A stretch of DNA of 62,968 bases, counting the filler, from Folioceros fuciformis (lineage: Eukaryota): NCBI GenBank assembly GCA_049999805.1. It is 9 parts of 9 records of this genome, joined end to end, with 100 filler letters (N's around TTAATTAATTAA, not from the genome) between each part and the next. Parts side by side here need not be neighbours in the genome. Positions count along the whole stretch, not along the records: positions 57,750 to 60,260 come from JBNGIO010001979.1; positions 60,361 to 62,968 come from JBNGIO010001985.1; 7 more parts are not named here. One strand, written 5' to 3'. The notes beneath the pieces are model-generated. The model saw only the letters and a program-made list of their open reading frames with translations. It was not told where the DNA came from and searched no databases. A program made the position numbers and the translations under genes. This document shows, piece by piece, positions 57,650-62,968 of the stretch (its first letter is position 1; every line of letters starts with the position of its first letter).

Positions 57650-57749
57650 NNNNNNNNNNNNNNNNNNNNNNNNNNNNNNNNNNNNNNNNNNNNTTAATTA
57701 ATTAANNNNNNNNNNNNNNNNNNNNNNNNNNNNNNNNNNNNNNNNNNNN
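57650..57749. other. Artificial contig spacer
   Basis: N44-TTAATTAATTAA-N44. Confidence 0.98.
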
Positions 57750-58199
57750 GCCCAATCTGCCCCGTCGCGCCCAGCGTATGCCCGCTCTGCCCGTGCTGCC
57801 CGATCGTTGCTCGCCGCCCGGAAAGCTGCCCATCCCGCCTCCCTCCCCTTCTCCCTTTTTTTTTTTTGCTTTTTTCCGAGAGTTAATTCTACAAAGCATG
57901 AACCTTACCTACCTCACTTGGTCGACAGTTTGAACTGTCCCGGGACCCCGGGATCAGCTTTCCATGGCCAAGGAACCATTTCAGTTGGAAGCCGATTCTG
58001 CTGAATAAGCTGCCGATTTCAGGCCCGGTTCCGGCTGCTAATCCCACTTCTTCCCACCTCTTCCCTATCTTCTCCCATTGCTCATACTCCTCCCATGCAC
58101 GCAGGCTCAACCACCAAGGAGGAACAGCTGTAGGGGAAGGCTTTGCGGGTGGCCGTCCAGCAAGGAAGAGGCGACGTCCGCAAGAACTTTGAAGATCAG

Positions 58200-59132
58200 G
58201 CATCCTTCAAAGTCTTAGGGTAGTTTAAGAGGTGGTAGATACTTGTGGTTGTAGGGTCAGCAGGTCGTAGGGCCAGCTCATTGGTGGCATGATGTGCTAG
58301 GAAAGTCTAAATAAGTGGCTGGTGATAGCTGGCTAGGCTAGTGGTCCTATTAAAATAATATTTCTCAAGCTAGAGAGAGGTGAAGTCAGAGAGAGAGAGG
58401 CTCCTATAAGATCAGGTGAGGCTATAGGAGGCAGGTTGTCACTTTGCGAGATCTCTTAGGCTGTCCCTGCTTGGATATAGTAGTGTGTGTGCCGGCTGTG
58501 CATGTGTGCAGCGTCTAGTAAAGCTTTGAGAAGTGGTGGCCAGGATTAAGGGCGGGGTCCCTTTTAATTCTCGATCGTACTCTCCATGTCGTGCCCCCAT
58601 GATCTGTCACTTTTGTTTCCTCGCAAGGCTGGAGTGAGTGCCGACCGTGCTTGCATGGTGTCTGGTAGGATCGTGGCTGGCGGCATGCTTTTCTTGGGAG
58701 TTAGTCTTGTGACTCTTGCCGGGTAGGGGGAGTCCATAGGGAAGCGTAGAAGGTAGTGGTGTTATTGCTGGTTGCTAGTTGTTGCTAGTGCTGGTGCTGG
58801 TGCTGGAGTGAGTGAGTGAGTGAGTGAGTGAGTGAGTGAGTGAGTGAGTGAAGTCAAGTGAAGTGAAGTGAAGTGAGGGAAGTCGCAAATTTGAGAAGTT
58901 AGGGTCGTTTTAGTGACTGGAGTGAGTTTATGGGCACCAAGAGAGGTGCAGTTGTCTGCTGGACAGCGAGGACTGTCCCACGCCTGATCGGAGTTGGAGG
59001 GAAGCCCTCGAATCCGTCATCGAGTCGGTTGAGTCTGACCCTCCATCCAAAGCAGCTAGGAACCCCATCACTCCATCGTGGGAACGAAACCTAATGTCTC
59101 AACGACAGTGGGATAAGTATGACCGCTAAAGG
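58200..59132 (+). repeat. Family-B Gypsy LTR (3'-truncated) with a (GAGT)11 microsatellite at 58806-58849
   Basis: Matches 20130-20690, 23462-23671 and the reverse complement of 22608-22980. 5' limit approximate. Confidence 0.78.
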
Positions 59133-60260
59133 TCTTGTTTATTTTGATCTAGAAATGAAGTTTCTTAATCAAGAAACAAAGAATATAAAGCATATATTTT
59201 TGTGTTGATTGTTTATTAAGATCCACTTATAATTTCTATTAGATTAAGGGAGTGATCGCGACGCATCCCCTCTGATTTGCTACCTCAGCAAAATCAGTAA
59301 GAATGCGCTAGGATGACTACCTAATCCATAGTCAGATTATTAGTGGCATTCATATATAACACAAAATGTTTAAAAAGGAATTCTGTCAACACAAAAATTT
59401 GGCCAAATGAATGGCCGATCGAGTAGATGGCCAACATTGCCTTGTTGAGCGGATTCATCACCAAAATTGTCGTGGGGGCCAGAAGTCGTTGCGCAGGCAT
59501 CTTGGAACGTTGCAGCACAACAACTGCCACAAAAAAACTATAATCAGAGAGGTTTCCTAACTTCTCATTTCTCTCAATCACCTACAGTTGATGAATTGAT
59601 AAATAGGATTGAGGCACACCAGCAACAAGTTGACAAGCGCTTCGACAGTATCTCACAAAGGATAACTGCAATGACTGTTGACTTGCATGATTTAATTGAA
59701 AAAAATAGATCATTTGGACTTTAAACTTCTAACCTTGTTGAAGTCTACCCTGCTTGCTAATCCTGTATGCAGAGGAGCAGCTTGTAAGCACGCTAAGAAA
59801 ACAAGAAGAGCTCATACGTTTAACAGTCCAAATTTGTGTCCTTCCTGCGCACTATATTGGTACAACATGTTGGAGATTAGAAACCAGAGAATAGGGAACA
59901 CTGCACAGCATCAGGGGTTAGTAAACATACCTGTAGACAAGTTGTCTAACCTTGTTGCTAATATTCTTTGACTCTGTTGCTGAAGATACATGTGCCTGAG
60001 GTCCAGATAAATAAACCTACAAAGGTCAGTCATCTTTAGCATCTTAGTGTTTTGGGAGTAGCTAACCCAGAATACAAAAGAGGAAAAATGGCTGATCCCT
60101 CATCTAGCAATGGTGGGGAAGGGTTTAGGGAAAAGGACAGATTTGGTGGGCATGATTACGACATATGGGTAATCAGAATGCGTGGAGCTTTACAAAATGA
60201 AAGCTCTGGAAGATAGCTTTTGGTAATAAAGACTTCCCAGCTACTACCAGCACACCTACC
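59133..60260 (+). mobile_element. Copia 5' internal region: degenerate extra ORF, then gag start at 60088
   Basis: WPNEWP, ELINRIEAHQ, CRGAACKH..H..CPSC, then MADPSS..DRFGGHDYDIWVIRMRGAL..LWKI (Copia gag N-terminal F.G.(N/D)Y..W..RM...L....LW pattern). Confidence 0.7.
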
Positions 60261-60360
60261 NNNNNNNNNNNNNNNNNNNNNNNNNNNNNNNNNNNNNNNN
60301 NNNNTTAATTAATTAANNNNNNNNNNNNNNNNNNNNNNNNNNNNNNNNNNNNNNNNNNNN
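60261..60360. other. Artificial contig spacer
   Basis: N44-TTAATTAATTAA-N44. Confidence 0.98.
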
Positions 60361-60495
60361 TCCTGCCTTTTCTCCGTTCCTCTTCTTTCTTTTGCTGCAT
60401 CTACACCATCGTCTGTCTGTCTGATTGAGTGTGGCCGTCCGCGCGCTACCTGAATTAGACTGCACTAGACTCACGTGCCGCCGTGCTGTGTGCAG

Positions 60496-62968
60496 CCGAG
60501 GATGGCGACGATATTATGGACGAAGCCCACAACTCCAGGTTGCGTGACAGGACTAAGAAAGACAGCGCTGCTCCTGCTGCAGCGCATGGAGCAGCGCCCA
60601 ACAGTATGGGATCTGCTCCTCGAAATAAGAGGAAGAGGCAACAGGAAGTACACTTCCAGAGCCGCACTGCCCCCGCTGTCGAGGATGTTGAGGAAACTAC
60701 GGAAGATACGGAAATGGGGGTATCTGAAGACGACGATGATCCTCCTCCTCCACCCATCCATCGACGCCAGGGAAAGCCTAAGCCGCAAGGGAAGGTCAGT
60801 CCACGGGGCCACTCGGACTCACGTCTTCTGCTCGCTGCTCGCAATCGCTCACGGCCCGCACCTGCGTACTGTGGTTTGTTGCAGTATATGGAAGACACTC
60901 TATCGACGGATCTTCCAACTGTACCCAGAAAAGCCCGCACAGGTGTGTGTGCAATGGCCGCCGTCTCTCTCATCGCGCTGGGCCGCCATTTCTTCCTTTT
61001 CCTGCTCTGCCTGCACCAATCTTCGTGCGCTCTTCGACATTGCACTGAAATGCGGCTCTCTGTCTCTGTCTGTCTCTGTCTCTCTCTCTCTTTTTGGCTG
61101 TGAGCAGCTCTCATCAAGCGGTCTCAGGAGTCTCCTCCCCAACTACTTGCTGATCCCCCAGTACATCAGGCCCCTGCAGCTGTCCCGTCCACTCCTGGTC
61201 CTACAAGTGCACCATCATCCTCTTCAGGCGCCTCAGTCAAGCCGGGAAGGAGATCGGTGTGTGGCCTCCGTCCACATTTTGCTTGACGTTTCCGCCCCAC
61301 TTCCTCCTGCTCCTCCTCTGCATTGTTCTGAACCAGGTCTCTGCTGTTGGCCCGTTGGTTTTTGTGCAGAGGCCTAGTGGGTCCAAGCCCAAAGCCAAAC
61401 TGCCCAAGGTACAGCAGAAATTTGCAGTAATGTTTCTGCTGAGCTCCCGGGGGGCCTCCGTCACCTTCCCGGAGCTGACGCTACTACTTGCCGGATGCAG
61501 GTGTCAACTCAGGCAGCCATTTCTGAGCAGGAAGTTGAAGTTGCAGAAGCGCTGTTCGACCTATCACGGAGGTGTACGAATCCGCCTCCTGCTCCTCCTG
61601 AACCCAAGCTGGAGCCGAAAGTGGAGATTAAAATGGATGTGAAGCCTGAATTAAAGGCAACAGTTTCCTCCGCTGTCACTTCTCCGCCATCCCAAACTGT
61701 TGCTTCTACCTCTGCCGTGGGTCCTGCTGTTGCCGCTCCGACAACAGCATCAGCGACTTCCCCGGCTGGGGCTCCGTTACCGTCAGTTGCAGCTGCCTCT
61801 GCCTCCGAGTCACCGTCTCAACCTCCAGCCAATCCACCCCCTGCCGAAGGTATTCCTACTGTTCAGTGTACAATCTGCAGGATCATCATCAGTCTTGCAT
61901 AGTCCTAACTATTTTTGGTCGCCTTCAGCTCCCAAGCGCAAACGCCCTCGTGTCAGGACACGCACTGAGGATGGAAGAGGGGTGGCGCAGCAAGGCGCCC
62001 CAGGTGGTAGCACACCGAGCCTCTTGCCAACTTCTACTGCAAGTGTGCCACTCGTGGTCAAAGCCGAAGAGCAAGGTGGGAATCGAGCTGCCCTGTCGGA
62101 AAGGCCTGTTCTCAAAGCTGAGAACAGTATGCCTGGTCCAGCAACGTCAGGGGGGCTCTCCGTCTCTGTGCCTGTGATAAGTCCACCCAATGTGGTGCAG
62201 TCAGGAACTGTGTCCTCACCACAAGTTCCAGTGGTGAGGAACAACTCTCTGGAAAAGAAAACAGCAGTTCCAGAGAAAAGAACTGCTAAAGCAGATGGTA
62301 GCATTGCTTCATCTGTTGAAAAGAGGTCTGTGCCTGTGTTGCTTTCTGGTGAACGAAAGCAGTTTCCGCCTAATGCTTCTCCTGCTGCTCCGGCTACTAG
62401 GGATGTTGATGTCACTGTCAACAATCCTACTAATGACTCCAACTCACTGACAAAGCTGGAGCTTGGTCAAAGGTACGACATCTTCCTGGGCAAACCATCT
62501 GCTTGTGATTCAACTCTACTGTTATCATTGCTGACCCGTGTCACTAACGGTCGCAGATCCCAGACGCCCGCCTCTAGTGAGACTGGCAGATCAGGAAAGC
62601 TGGACATCGACCTGATGGTGTGAACCTTCTTCCCTTGGAAGCCATTGTTTAGTGCAAATGACAGCTGTGCTAGTTTCTGAGATTGTTTACATTCTGCAGG
62701 CTCTTCCACCCAAATCAAGTGATCTTCCAACTGCAGGAGATGTGCAGGATAAGACCTTGGTATTGTCGACGCCCCTGCTCGAACGAGCATCTATGTGCAT
62801 CAGTGTCTCAACTTCTCTGAGACGCCCATCTGACTTGACCTTCTCATTGCAGGTTGATTTGTCAAATGCCCCTGCTGCGGATAGTAGCTGGATGGATAGA
62901 GAGAGGGACTCGGAGAGGGAGCGGGAGAGGGATCGTGAGAAAGAGAAAGAGCGAGAGCGGGAACGAGA
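60496..62968 (+). CDS. TIC: TIME FOR COFFEE-like nuclear clock regulator, internal exons (about eight; both ends missing)
   Basis: Ordered motifs RLRDRTKKD, VPRKART, EVEVAEALFDL, APKRKRPR, KLDIDLM and an RE-repeat, joined by short GT-AG introns. Confidence 0.78.

Noticed and set aside
57889-58203. Trp-rich minus-strand ORF next to the family-B LTR
   Set aside because: Single copy in the window, no recognisable motif, non-ATG start.
7333-60360. Eight identical TTAATTAATTAA motifs within N runs as a biological repeat
   Set aside because: Each spacer is exactly 100 nt with stops in all six frames, so it is an assembly or concatenation linker. ORFs crossing them are artefacts.

Overview
This is plant nuclear DNA, not prokaryotic. 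It is nine contigs joined by eight artificial 100-nt spacers (N44-TTAATTAATTAA-N44), so adjacency across spacers is unproven. The PPR editing-factor types (DYW:KP, WW-type E+, long-insertion L motifs) point to an early land plant with U-to-C organellar editing, most likely a hornwort (inference). Host genes: five PLS-class PPR loci (one with a complete DYW:KP domain, one intact E+ gene, three frameshifted pseudogenes), a SEP5-like LHC-family gene, the 3' exons of an SRP40/Nopp140-like gene, a DUF26/Gnk2-like gene, an F-box gene and part of a TIME FOR COFFEE-like gene. The rest is nested, decayed Ty1/Copia and non-chromovirus Ty3/Gypsy elements, a Sola-like DDD transposase remnant and tandem repeats. 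The most unusual signals are: (1) the candidate U-to-C editase; (2) one accessory ORF family in four copies, sense inside a Gypsy LTR in two and antisense before a putative PPT in another; (3) a Copia family with an extra Cys/His-containing ORF between PBS and gag; (4) a covarying hairpin just upstream of Gypsy PPTs; (5) an antisense ORF in a Copia 3' region; (6) a Gypsy/Copia chimeric LTR; (7) a telomere array fused to a fold-back hairpin. All homology calls were made by eye; no searches were run.
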